Made by a program: the position numbers and the translations under genes
Notes under the pieces: generated by a model
What the model was told of the DNA's origin: nothing
The model's database searches: none
What the model saw: the letters and a program-made list of their open reading frames with translations, nothing else
In this document: positions 52,801 to 64,000 of the stretch, piece by piece
Layout of the letters: the number at the start of each line of letters is the position of its first letter
Position numbering within the stretch: position 1 is the first letter of the stretch
From: Antedon mediterranea
Lineage: Eukaryota; Animalia; Echinodermata
Direction of reading: 5' to 3'
DNA length: 64,000 nt
Assembly (NCBI RefSeq): GCF_964355755.1
Contig: NC_092671.1
Location: forward strand, 38,326,304-38,390,303

Positions 52801-55800
52801 CATTCTACTTTTGCACAACTAATGAGAGGTCCGCCCTCTAGTGTCATCTCCTCATTAGCTGGCGACAATTCAGCACAAAGATAATTATCGCCATTGCAAT
52901 TTAAATCGGCTTGCTCAATAGAAGCCTCAAGGCCTCTGAAAACTGTTCTTCTTCCTGCTGACAGTAAACGTCCACTCTGGTCAGGAGAGAGCACTTGTGA
53001 GTCTTTGATCTCTCTGACTCCAGACCCATCTCTGTATCCTGCAACGAATGTAGTTACTTTCCATTGATTATCCAACAAAGCATCTGCTCCGGTGCTGTCC
53101 AATCCTAAATCAAAGTCAAAGTCCACCTTGGTCTTGTTAAGACCAATTATGGGTGAGCTTTCCAATGTAATATCAGTATCGTATACTTTGACGCCTGCAA
53201 GATACAATAAAACAATTCTGTTAGCTGTTGTTGTTAATATGTTGTATTTTACAATGATAAAATGGTACAATTTAGTACCAATAGTTGGCTAGTTTTTCAG
53301 CTATCAATCACTCTTTGCTGTATTTTCACTTCAATGTACTAAGATTGAAGATGTTAATAAACACTTCAATGTAATCAATGTTAATCTAAAATTGGCTGGG
53401 AAGGACTAGTGACACCTCAAAAACATATATTTAAAATCAATCACATCAATCAGCTGAAGATTCCTCAGACAAGAATGCATAAGCAGTAACATTTTCAATA
53501 ATGTTTATTTTGTCCCCAAACAAATAATAATCGATGAATGGAATGTCAAATATCAACATTGATGGGTAAACTGGAGAAATTATACAAACATAACTATAAA
53601 CCGGGTCAACCGGCTCAGCTACTGGGTCAACTGGCTAAGCTATAGTGACTGGTCTCCCCAATTTCACGGTTTTTTGTTATGTGTATACTGAAATAGACCG
53701 AATAAATAATTAAATGAAATGAAAGAACATTTACTCACCAGCACAATTAACCTGGTTAGCAGCGACTAATCGGTTTTTGGCAGTCAAAGCATAATCTGGA
53801 TCGGCATTCGGTCCTTTCTTCAATTCTGTGCAAATGTATTTCATCTTTTTGCAGCTAATGCCTTCCATACTGTAATCAACGTATACATCGCCAAAGTCAA
53901 TCTTGCGATTGCTCGTTCCTTTAGGAGCGATTCCTTTGCGTGATTCATATGATGTGAAGACGTTGGTTTTGGGATTGAGTTTGGGTTCCTGACAATCTTT
54001 GGTTTCACTACCAAAGACATCCAACTGCCAGAGGTCATCTCCTTCCAAACTATTGGATTCATCAGCAGGTAAAGCTGCAACATTCAGGTATAGACTGTTT
54101 CTTGGTTTGTTCTCAACAACATTTAAACCTGATGGAAAAACTGGGCGTGTCTGCAACTCTTCCATTACAATACCTGAAAAACACCAAACAATGTAAACAT
54201 CAATAGGAGTTTCAATTCTATGATTTTAATCACTTTGAAAGGTATATTACATATTTATTCATAAGTTTGGAGACTATGCTACTAGTCAATTTAAGTCTTT
54301 TTCTCTCTTGTGCAACAACTTTTATTAATTTATATTAACAATCGTATACATGATATTTCGTATATCAACACAACAACACACAATACTACTGAAAATAATA
54401 ATATTATTGAAAATTCAGTTGGTAAAATTTAAACATCTAAAACAAGTCAATTTAATTCTTTGTTGTTCAATTGTAAAATGTTGTTAAATTCAAAAACTAA
54501 ACTCACCATCTGGGCACTCCTGCAACTTGCACTTCTTGATGGTTTTCTCGTCTGGCTTTCCTGGTCTCTTCACTTTGAAGTTAAAGTCTGTGCTTGGGGT
54601 TGGTGCCTTTGACAACTCCAGGCAGGCATACTTGTACTCACCGCATCCCAATTCTCCGAAGTTATACTCAACTGGAATGTTTGGAAAATCAACACCTCGC
54701 CCTGGAGTAAGATCTTGTCCTGAATTGTAGGTGTTCAAAATCTGAGAAACTGGGTTTAATTCATCACCAGTTCCGTCTTCATTTTTGCTGCCAAAGAGTT
54801 TCACTTGCCAGAGATCATCACCAGATACTGCAGCTGAAGTGACTGGTGCAACAGCGTTTGCGTCAATTCTCACTTCTGATGGTCTGTTTCGGTTAATCTC
54901 ACCATCCATTGTCCAATCAAAGTCCTCAACAACAACGCCTAGTAATAATAATTACCAAAATTAGTTTCAAAATGGCATTAGGATAGCAACAAAACAACAA
55001 TTCAAATAAATAAGTTTACATTTTAACCACAGAGTATTTGAACAGCATTATTGAACAATTATATTCGTTTACTGTAAAAGAATAGAAAGTTTATTGCAAG
55101 AACGCAAGCATTTTTAACAAGATTATGTAACTATGTAAACTAAAATATATATTACAAAACTAATTCATATTATAGATAGAAAAATGTAATGTACCTTCAC
55201 AATCTTTGTTGGGGTAACAACTTGTAAGGACTCTGTCATCGGGCTGAGTTGTCATGGCGAAGGCTGGTTGTGGTCGTGGGCCTTGATCAACTCTTGAACA
55301 GATGTATGGAACATCATCACAGGTTTTTCCACGCATGTCCAAGTTGCTGTCTACTGGGCCTAATGTCATTGGCTCTCCAGCAGTCAATGGTCTATCAGCT
55401 GAAGACTGTGGCATGTACACAGATTCTGGGCTAACCATTGGACCTTCACCGGATGGGCTCTGACTACCGAATGTTGTCATTGTCCATGATCGTCGACTGT
55501 CGGAACTAGCACCTTCTGGGCTTGACTCAACTGTTGTTTGGACACTGATAGGGTTGTTTTGTCTGCCTTCAACAAGACTTCCACTGACTGGTTCTGTGGC
55601 TGTTCCGGTAAGGACAACCTCTGTAAAAACAAGCAACATTTATTTTTGATTAAAAAGCAGTTTATTTTTTAGAATGGAGATGACCGGGGTATTAATATGT
55701 ACAGAAGTTTCACAACATAAGAAGCTTTATAAATCCAAGATATCATTTTTTTATTATTTGTTATGTGGTTCAGTTTCTTGTAATGGAATAGTTGTCTTCC

Positions 55801-58800
55801 ACATTTTTGGGATTTACAGAAACCTTTGTTCCGTTGAAATCATCTAAAATTGATTTAAACATTTGTTTTAGACTGCTGATTAAAATGTTCAATGAATAAT
55901 ATATCGGTCACTAATTTCATGTTTTACAGTACCTACCATTACAATCGGCTTCTTTGCAAGAAATCAGTCTGTCCTTGTCAGGTAGAGCAGTAAATTTGAA
56001 GTCTTTTGGTTGTGGATATTGTCCCTTTGTGAATTCCAAACACATATATCTATATGGAGAATTACTGCAACCAATACCTCCGATATCAAAATCTGTCTCT
56101 GTTCGTGGGAATTTCAATGGGTCACCAGCAGTAAGAGGGAATGCCTGTTCATCTTCACTCAATGTCTGTCGCACTTCTCCGAATCGATCTCCTGTTCCTT
56201 GAGCGTTACGGCTTCCGAAAACTCCAAGATTCCACATTCCATTTCCAGATATGCTGCGAGTGTCTGGCACGGTACTGATATCGGTTTTCAGCGTAATTGG
56301 GCTTGGTCGGCCAGGAACAACAGAGCTTGGTTCATAATCGACTTCCCAGTCCATGTCATCTACAACAACACCACGACAACGGTCCTCAATATTTACGCAA
56401 TCTGTCAACTCATCTTCATCACCTCTAAACTTGAAGTCTGGTTTTGGTTTTGGTTTGGTACCTTTGTCTAGTCTAAAGCAGAGGTACTTGGCTTTGTTAC
56501 AGTTGGCCTTCAGTAGGTTTGGATTCACTTCTACGTCTCCAAAGCTCATTCTTGAATCAGCTGGGTCAAGAGTTGTTCCTGACTTTGGTGGATCCAATAC
56601 TTGTTCCTTGAAACCATATTGCCGTCCTGTACCATCACTATTTGGTGATACCCATTGTTGCATTTTCCACAGATTTTTGCCTTCAACACCAAGAGTGTCA
56701 TAGGCTGGCGTAGCCTCAAGGTTTACTTTGATGGGGTTTGTTTTCGAGCCTTCTGTCACGTAAACATCGTCTTGATTTGGTGAAAGAACGGCATCAAGTC
56801 TACGCAAAGCCACAGCTATAAAAAAAACAATACAATATATTCATTAATACATGTTTTTAAGAGCTTATGCCTCTGGCAAATATTAAGAAATTTTCAAATT
56901 TTTTAAATGTCATCATAAAAAATTTATAATACAATTGTCTAACATTTTTTTATCAATAAATTTATCAAAATAATACTCTTGATAAAAAAGTGATAACGCA
57001 TAATTCATCCATAAACCATAATAGACATTTTTATTCAATTATTTAAAAAAATTAAATGTAAATACAAATTAGTAAACAAATGTGAAACTTACAGTCTGAG
57101 CATGCTGGTTTCTCGCACTTGACCAGTGTGTTTTCTGCGGTGGCTTTCTCACCAATGGCAGCAAAGGCAAAGTCTGGTTGAGGGGCATCAGCCTTGGCAT
57201 ATTCCATGCACACATACTGCCCCTTTGAACAAACAGATCCCATATCAAAATCTCCTCCAACAACACCCAAAGGAAGGAATTGGCCTCTACCATTCATTGT
57301 CATGCCTTGTTGTTCTGGTGTAAGAAGTTGCTCTTTGTAACCAGATCGATCACCAGATCCATCCATGTTGTCACTTCCAAAGATTCCAACCTTCCATAAA
57401 CCAGAGCCAGTTGCACCAGCACTTTCATAGTCAGATTCTACTCTGAAGTTGTTAGTAGATACAGGAGTTTCTCGTCCAATGATGTAATCACTACCTGCAA
57501 CAGGTGGATATATGAGGTCTTTTGCAATAACACCTTCACACTGCAGTTTGGTACATTGTCTCAAAGACTGTTCATCTGGAACACCTTCAAGAACGTATAC
57601 TGGATCGGAATTCTCATTTCTTGAAATCTCAACACAAGCATATTGCAGGTCAGCACACGCCTTGCCAGTTGTATCAAATGAAACTGGAATTTTCCCGTAG
57701 GCAAGATCGGCTGGCATCAAAAGATTTTGGTCTTTTTGCCCTGAGTTCAAGGAGTTGGGAATTACTGAATTCTGTACAGTGCCAGATTCATCCGGAGACA
57801 AGTACGTTTTGAGGTTCCACAGACCACTGCCAACCACGCCAGCACTAGTGGAGTCTGTTAGTCCAGTGACATCAAGAGTTACCTTCTGGTTCTTTTTGTC
57901 CGACTTTATCTTTCCATCAACAGCAAGCTGAGTTTCTCTAATTTTTACAGCTATCAAAAATACAAAATAAAAATCCATTTAATTACAATTCATAATATCT
58001 CCGACTGAAAAAAGCGAGAGATGGGAATATTATTTTTAATAAGTTCTTAATAAGTTAAGTTACTAATATTTATTTAATTTTCACCAGGCTGCATTGTTTT
58101 ATTTGTATTGTTTCTAGTTTTAGATAACATACCTGCATTACAAGGCACTTCTTTACAAGACCTTAGGATTGGTTCATCTTGACCAAGTACAACCAAACTG
58201 TAATCCGGGACAGATCCATCTCCTTTGGTGAACTCAGCACATATATATTCTGTGCCATCACAGCCAACTGATCCTATTTCAAATTGTGTGTCAACATTAG
58301 GGTATTTCAAGTCAGGAAAACGCCTTTCGTTGGTGGTCATAGCTAGACCTTGTCCAGCGTCGTTGAGGGTCTGATAGGTGTAACGCTCTTTTTTACCAGA
58401 ACCATCTTCGTTGCGACTACTGTACATTCCCAATCGCCAGAGATTCTGTCCGCCATTTAAGATCTGGCTTTCACGGTCAAATGTTACATTGGCACTTAAC
58501 ACACCAGGAGATTTTTGTCCGAAGACATAACTCTCTGGTTCGTAGTCCCATTCAAGACCCATCATGTAAACCTCTGAAACAAGAAAATTAAATTAAAGTC
58601 ACACTAAATCAAAATAGATGGTAACAGGCTTTCTGAAATAAAAAACTGCCAGCTACTACTAAATCTAACCGCTAATTCTAACTGTGTTATGTATGATGTA
58701 CACGTGCATGTTTATGATGTGTCTACCCATAAAGCATTGAGGGAAGAAGCTTGTAATGGACTATAAGAAGGTTAATTCAATACAAACCTTTGCATGGCAT

Positions 58801-61800
58801 TACATCACAATCAATTAACTGAGAATCGGCTGTAAAAGAATAATCAACGCTGGCCTTTTCGTTTTTATAAAGCTCAACGCAGATATAACCAGTATCTTTA
58901 CATGCCAGGCTTGTCATGTCTACATCAGTGTTGATTGTACCAAAATCAATAGTTTCACCGGCTACAAGTGGTGTTTCAGACTGTGCTTTGGAAAGTTCGT
59001 CGTTTTTAAGTTTATATCTAGGACTGTCTGGTGTTGGAAATTCGGTTGGACTTAAAAATCTAGACATGCGCCACAGGTTCTCTCCTTCTAGGCCAACTTC
59101 GCTGTCTGGAAAAGCTTCAGTGGTCATTCTGACATCATTACTTGGTAAGTAGTCTTCGATACTACCACCAGTCACTGTCATCTCTAAACGATCAATTTTT
59201 ATTTCTGGAAGAACAAAAAAGATATGATTTGTAAAATTTATTGGTGTAAAAAAAAGTTTAATTATAACTACCGTATGTGGCAACTACTATTATGATTATT
59301 AGCATTAATTCAAGCACAATTGCAATATAATTTTTTAACAATTCTGTAATACTTCATTATCTAATTTTATAAGAAATTTACAGTAAATAATAAATGACAA
59401 AATAAATGTATAATAAAAAGGAAGATTACACACAAAAATAAAAAAAAAAAGTACAGTACAAATTTAAATAAATAAATAAATAAAAAATAAATATTATATT
59501 AACTACTTGCTAGGCAATGGAAAAAGTTAATACAAATAATAATTGAGATTTTGTTGGAGTAAATACTCTCGTTGTTATTTATATTATTATTTATTTAACA
59601 AAAATAAACATACCTGAATTGCACTTCATTTTTTTACAAGTTCTGTAGAGATCTGGGTTGCCTTTTTGTAAAGACTGGAATGGATACTCTGGCTCGGGAT
59701 TGTCACCACGCTGGATCTGAACACATGCAAATGGAAACCTGTCACATCCAACTTCGGCCATTTTGAAATCAAATTTAGCTTTTCTGAAAGAAAGATCAGC
59801 ACCTGCTCCATCGTATCTTTGCTTTGCTTGATCCTCAGAAAGTACCTGATCAACTTGGCCAAAACGAAGACCTGTGCCTTGTTTGTTCTGACTACCAAAG
59901 ACGGTAACTTTCCACAAGCCTTCGCCTTCTGTTAAGGTACTGTCTGTTGTTGTTGTTGATGTCATGTCAAGACTGACGCCAGTAGCACGTCCTAATACCA
60001 TAGTATCAACTGCTTCCAGGTCAAAGTCTAAACTATCTACAATCACAGCTGAAAATGGAATATGAAAAATATGTTATAGAAATTCCAAAAATGCTGCATT
60101 CTAAATCAATCTGCCATAACTAAGAACATTAAAAGTCACAATTTTCTCCCAATCTACAAAATAATTCTTAAATTCTTTTTACTTTAAAATTAAAAAGGTT
60201 TGCCAAAAGTGTGGTCTTTAAAAGTTTACAAGCTTTCTGAGGTCAAGGGTTAACTTTTGCTTATGAATAATACAGAAGATGGAAATGTTCATGGGAAAAA
60301 CAAAACAACAACAAAATTATTAAATAAAACATAAAAATTAGTACCTTGACAATCAACTGGAAAGCATTTATAGACAACAGTTTCATCTGGATCAATGTTT
60401 TCATTGGTCGGATGAATCGTAAATTCATGTTGTGATTCACGTCCTTTGGTAAGATGTAAACAGACATATTGTGCTTGTTCGCAAGTTAAATCTGTCATAT
60501 CAAGTGTGTAGGGAACAATACCAATTCTTGAGGTTGTAAATGGTACAAGTCTTGTAGCACTCTGCGGACTATTTAAAGATTGTCGTGTTTCACTGTATCG
60601 TGTACCTAGGCCGTCGTTTTGATCACTGGCGTACACCGCAAGATTCCATGAATTTACACCATTAACACCAATTGGACCTCTTGATATAATATCCACATCA
60701 AATGCCATTTCATTTTCCGGTAATCTTGGTGCTGCTTTTAAGTCACCAGGAGCTTCGGCTTCCATAGCAAGATTGACAGCTAAAAAAGACCAATGAATTC
60801 TATTTATAAGCCATTATAAACACAGTTTTAATACTTAATCATAGCAATAGCCACTGTTATTAATGTTTCAAAATTTTGATTTCAAATGTTATATGTTAAT
60901 TTAATAAACATTATTATTTAAATACAAATACATGTGCGAGTAGCTGGCAACTAACTTACTGTTATAACAACCACTTTTCTTGCAGTTAAGCTTCAAGGCA
61001 GATTCTTCAAATTTGTAATCTGGTTCTGCATCCTCATTCTTGTCTATTTTGGCACATAAAAATTTGTACTCCCCACAACCCACACCAGATAGATCAAAGC
61101 GGAAGTCTGGTACAGTGAATGAGAGTTCTGTTTTATCATTTTCTCTTTTCAGTGGCTTGCCCTGCTGATCATTATTTAATGCCTGTGGCTTATAACTATA
61201 TTTGGTGCCAGTTCCTTGCATGTTTTTGGCTCCAAATATACTAAGGGTCCATAGATTTTCGCCATCCACCTCTACTGAACTATCCGACATGGTCGCTGTG
61301 TATTTCAATGTTGTGTTATCATCCTCACCAATAACCAACGCTCCGGTACCAATGGACCAATCAATACTAGTTACTATTACAGCTGTTTTTCGATCCCCTG
61401 TGTAAGAACATCACAGCAAAAGAAACGTAAATTATTGCACTAGTAAAAAGCACCAAATAAATTGTCTCATAACATACAAAAAATCCGAATGGCATTAAGA
61501 AAAGTTGAGAATTTAGCAACTTTAGACATAGAATTTGAAAGATTTCATTTCAAAAAATTATAGGAAAGAACCAAAAACCCAAAATCATCTTATCATAAGG
61601 TGAAAGTTTTTAAAAACCCATTTTTTATTTTAATTAACCCAATGAAAGAATTATTTTGGAAGGTAAGGCAAGACAATAACAATTGTGCTTTTTTATACTA
61701 AATGGTGCAATAAAAATGTGAAGACTGAAGCATACACTTTACATTATATTAGGTGTAAGTGTACAAATTAGAAATGATAAAAGCATGCACTAGGCAAAGT

Positions 61801-64000
61801 AATATGGCAAGACTGGAATTAGGGCGGGTGAAGAGGGGTACAGATGAGTTTAGTTCACCTGAAGAAAGGTTGAGCATTCATATAACCCTAACTTGGCCAG
61901 GTGTTTTGTAAAACATATAAACCATATATAAATTTGGTATACGTATTTATATGCTTTTTACCTCCATATAACAATATCATAATGATGGAGATTTTATATA
62001 TAATATTCTTTACATAATAATACAATGCTTGTAGAAATAAAGAACAATTGCGTTCGGTTTCTACACACCTTGGCACTCTATTTCTACACACTGAGTAAGG
62101 CTTCCAGCATTGTCAATGCCTCGTATGGTGAAATCTATATTCGGATTTTCGCCCATCTCCAGCCTGGCACACATATATTTCACCTCAGCACAGGAGAGTT
62201 CAGACATATCAAAATTAAAGATGATGTCAGTGAAGTCCAAGATCCCATCTGGATTCAGAACCTCATCCTGTTGAGATGGCATGAGAACCGTCTCTTGTGT
62301 GCCATACTGCAAGCCAGAGCCATCAGGTTCGGTGCTTCCGAACAGAGATATCTGCCATAACCCCATTCCACTTACAGCAGCGGAAATGTCTGCTGGTAAG
62401 CCACGGAAGCGCAACTGCAAGCTGTTGTCTTGCTCATTGCTTAAAATTTGACCCAAAACTTCAACTTCAATATCTTTTATAACAACCTCTGAAAAAAATA
62501 AAGAAACAAAAATAACAATAAGTAAATTTTATTTAATATTTTTAATTTCTATATACAAAACTATTGTTTATAATCATTTGATTGGTACACAGGGAGTGGC
62601 TACAGTATTTTAATTAAATAGACCAATAGTTGAAACACATTTAATGATACAAATACAGAAAATAATCATTACATTGTTTATAAATTAATTCTAAATAATC
62701 CAATTATATACTATTTAAAGAGAATAACTTTAAGAAATATTTAATAAAGACAATAACTTCAAGAAATGTATGAAAAAAAAGAAAATCAAACATACCATTT
62801 TTACACTCTGACTTTTCACAAGTAATCAGACTGTCTCCACCATTTTCAACCAACAAGATGAAGTCAGGTTCAGGGTTCCTGCCCTTTTTAATTTCGACAC
62901 ATATAAATTTAAAATCATCACAACCAATCGATCCCGACTCAAAATCAAACTCAACACCCGCAAAGTTCATGGTTTCGCCAGTGCCAGCATAGGATTTACT
63001 AGATTGGTTTTGGTTGAGAATTTGAGACACATCTCCAAATCTAGCTCCAGTTCCTTCAATGTTTTCAGAACCGAAAATGGACATTTGCCAATTGTGCTGA
63101 CCTCTGATTGGATCACTGGTGTCGGCAGTAGCAACATCTGCTATTAAAGTGTGTTCACTTGGCTGACCAATCACAGCCTTGCTCTTATCCAAGTCCCAAT
63201 CCAAGCCTGTCAGGGTAATAGCTACAAAAGAACAGTCAAAATGATTAATATAATTTAATACAAATAATGTAAAATATTAGATAATATACTTGTAATTATT
63301 ATTTATTGTAATATTAGTTATTAAAAGTGATTGTGAAGTAAAGAATAATTGAAAGTATTTTTACTTACTTCTGCAGGCTATTGGGGTGCAAATGGTACCA
63401 CGAAGAGGATCATTTTCAAAGACAGCATTTTTGTGATGGAGGTTAAATTGAAATTCTGGATCATCTCCTTTCAGTAGCTGAAGACACATGTACTGTATGA
63501 CATCGCAGCTAAGGTCACGCATATCAAAGTTAAAGGTTACGTTTCCCATATTGGTTAAAGTAACACCAGTTTCAAATGAGATTGGCTCCAGTCTGGTATT
63601 ACTTTGTAGTGTGTTAAGAACCTGCTGTTCATTATAGCGGACACCATTGCCATCAGCATTGTCACTACCAAAGGCTACCACTTTCCATGAGTTGTTACCA
63701 TTGATGCCAATTAGACCTTGATTTGCAAGACTGGTATCAAATGCAAGAGGATTGGTGCTACTGCCAGGATCAAGAAGCATTTCACTGGTTGCTTTACTTT
63801 TAAAATGCACATTAATATCTGAAAAATAGAAAAATATTCATATAACTAACAAGTTTCATAATAACATTTTTCTAAAATATGCAAAATTGATATTTAAAAC
63901 AAGTTTATCGGCTTAGAATTTTTTAGTTTTTTACCAACATATTTTACAATTCAATTTACAGGAATATCTTACCATGATAACATCCAGCTTTTTCACAATC
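34837..64000 (-). CDS. Fibrillar procollagen alpha chain (echinoderm 2alpha/5alpha-like) with SURF-module N-propeptide; 5' end outside window
   Basis: SURF exons 64000-52784; minor helix 51736-48087; N-telopeptide 47779-47513; Gly-X-Y exons of 45/54/99/108/162 bp and fusions from 46243 to 37351; C-telopeptide 37231-36691; COLFI exons 35999-35828, 35582-35191, 34983-34837 ending [11 protein letters not shown]. Confidence 0.93.
36691..36922 (-). other. Duplicated C-telopeptide exon pair D: 36922-36857 and 36783-36691
   Basis: [22 protein letters not shown] vs [31 protein letters not shown]; each has one KG lysine; spacer 73 nt; preceded by 18-nt exon 37231-37214 (GASGDA). Confidence 0.8.
37351..46243 (-). 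CDS. Main triple helix, 22 Gly-X-Y exons
   Basis: Exons 46243-46196, 46022-45969, 45646-45485, 45203-45105, 44817-44764, 44630-44586, 44437-43673, 43509-43456, 43338-42871, 42616-42509, 41942-41889, 41815-41762, 40434-40327, 40017-39964, 39771-39718, 39606-39553, 39140-39033, 38862-38809, 38563-38402, 38235-38020, 37811-37758, 37602-37351. All phase 0; helical cross-link motifs KGHR and KGHP. Confidence 0.92.
39330..39520. repeat. 60-bp tandem repeat, ~3 copies, in a collagen intron
   Basis: GGCCCTGTTATGGTGAGGTGGCTATTTGATGAGAAGGTTTCTCTTTGAGGGTGAGAT repeated. Confidence 0.85.
40672..41097. repeat. 25-bp minisatellite, ~17 copies
   Basis: (AAAGCATAAACTACAACATTATACT)n, nearly invariant. Confidence 0.95.
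41386..41757. repeat. 60-61-bp minisatellite, ~6 copies, abutting the donor of helix exon 41815-41762
   Basis: ACTTGTTAACAACATACGCAAACTGCAACGGGTGTACGATACATTTAAACTA repeated. Confidence 0.92.
41762..41942 (-). other. Duplicated 54-bp main-helix exon pair H: 41942-41889 and 41815-41762
   Basis: [18 protein letters not shown] vs [18 protein letters not shown]; spacer 73 nt; including both makes the helix 18 aa too long. Confidence 0.8.
47513..47779 (-). other. Duplicated N-telopeptide exon pair C: 47779-47678 and 47602-47513
   Basis: [34 protein letters not shown] vs [30 protein letters not shown]; both carry YKGP and GTAAGT donors; spacer 75 nt. Confidence 0.8.
49330..49477 (-). other. Duplicated exon pair B (minor helix): 49477-49436 and 49374-49330
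   Basis: [14 protein letters not shown] vs [15 protein letters not shown]; each starts non-helical then Gly-X-Y; spacer 61 nt. Confidence 0.7.
51508..51736 (-). other. Duplicated exon pair A (minor-helix start): 51736-51659 and 51606-51508
   Basis: [26 protein letters not shown] vs [33 protein letters not shown]; both phase 0-0; spacer 52 nt. Confidence 0.75.
51790..52155. repeat. Alternating ~42/48-bp (90-bp higher-order) tandem repeat
   Basis: ATCACAGTTTAAAAATATGAT..ATGATGTTGA..ATAATATGAG repeated; explains the Ile-rich spurious ORF 51684-52112. Confidence 0.85.
52784..64000 (-). CDS. Array of ~140-aa 4-Cys SURF modules (16 complete plus 1 partial)
   Basis: Phase-1 symmetric exons 63818-63369, 63221-62796, 62488-62069, 61397-60960, 60779-60345, 60048-59614, 59204-58788, 58573-58133, 57950-57093 (x2), 56815-55937 (x2), 55620-55195, 54938-54507, 54173-53739, 53194-52784, plus partial 64000-63973. 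Shared motif G..LW....FGS...G.G....Q.L...C....Y.C....K....P.F...C....C. Confidence 0.85.
61749..61858 (-). CDS. Candidate alternative terminal exon encoding a GPI-anchor-like signal
   Basis: Acceptor cctttcttcag; phase-1 join from SURF exon 62488-62069 gives [36 protein letters not shown]; minus-strand AATAAA at 61629-61624. Confidence 0.55.

Overview
AT-rich, intron-rich animal genomic DNA, most likely echinoderm (inferred from SURF-module fibrillar collagen and a Deu/Nin-domain SINE). From left to right: a coiled-coil plus C-terminal UBZ zinc-finger gene resembling AZI2/TBKBP1/TANK (-); two tandem mitochondrial FASTK/RAP-domain paralogues (+); an MsrB with an altered active site (+); COX14 (-), missed by the ORF track and head-to-head with PSMA2 (+); a decayed CR1-type LINE in the last PSMA2 intron, itself split by a TIR element and followed by a tRNA-SINE; and a >29 kb fibrillar procollagen gene (-) whose 5' end lies beyond the window. 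Main result: manual exon reconstruction of the collagen shows five tandem pairs of duplicated, in-frame, positionally equivalent exons (two in the minor helix, one N-telopeptide, one 54-bp main-helix exon, one C-telopeptide). The spacers within pairs are 52-75 nt, while every other coding intron mapped here is >=111 nt. This suggests a combinatorial mutually exclusive splicing system acting on cross-linking lysine contexts, charge and an RGD site. The same locus has >=16 SURF modules, a candidate GPI-anchor terminal exon and a candidate 2-nt micro-exon. All gene models are read by eye, with no transcript data or database searches.
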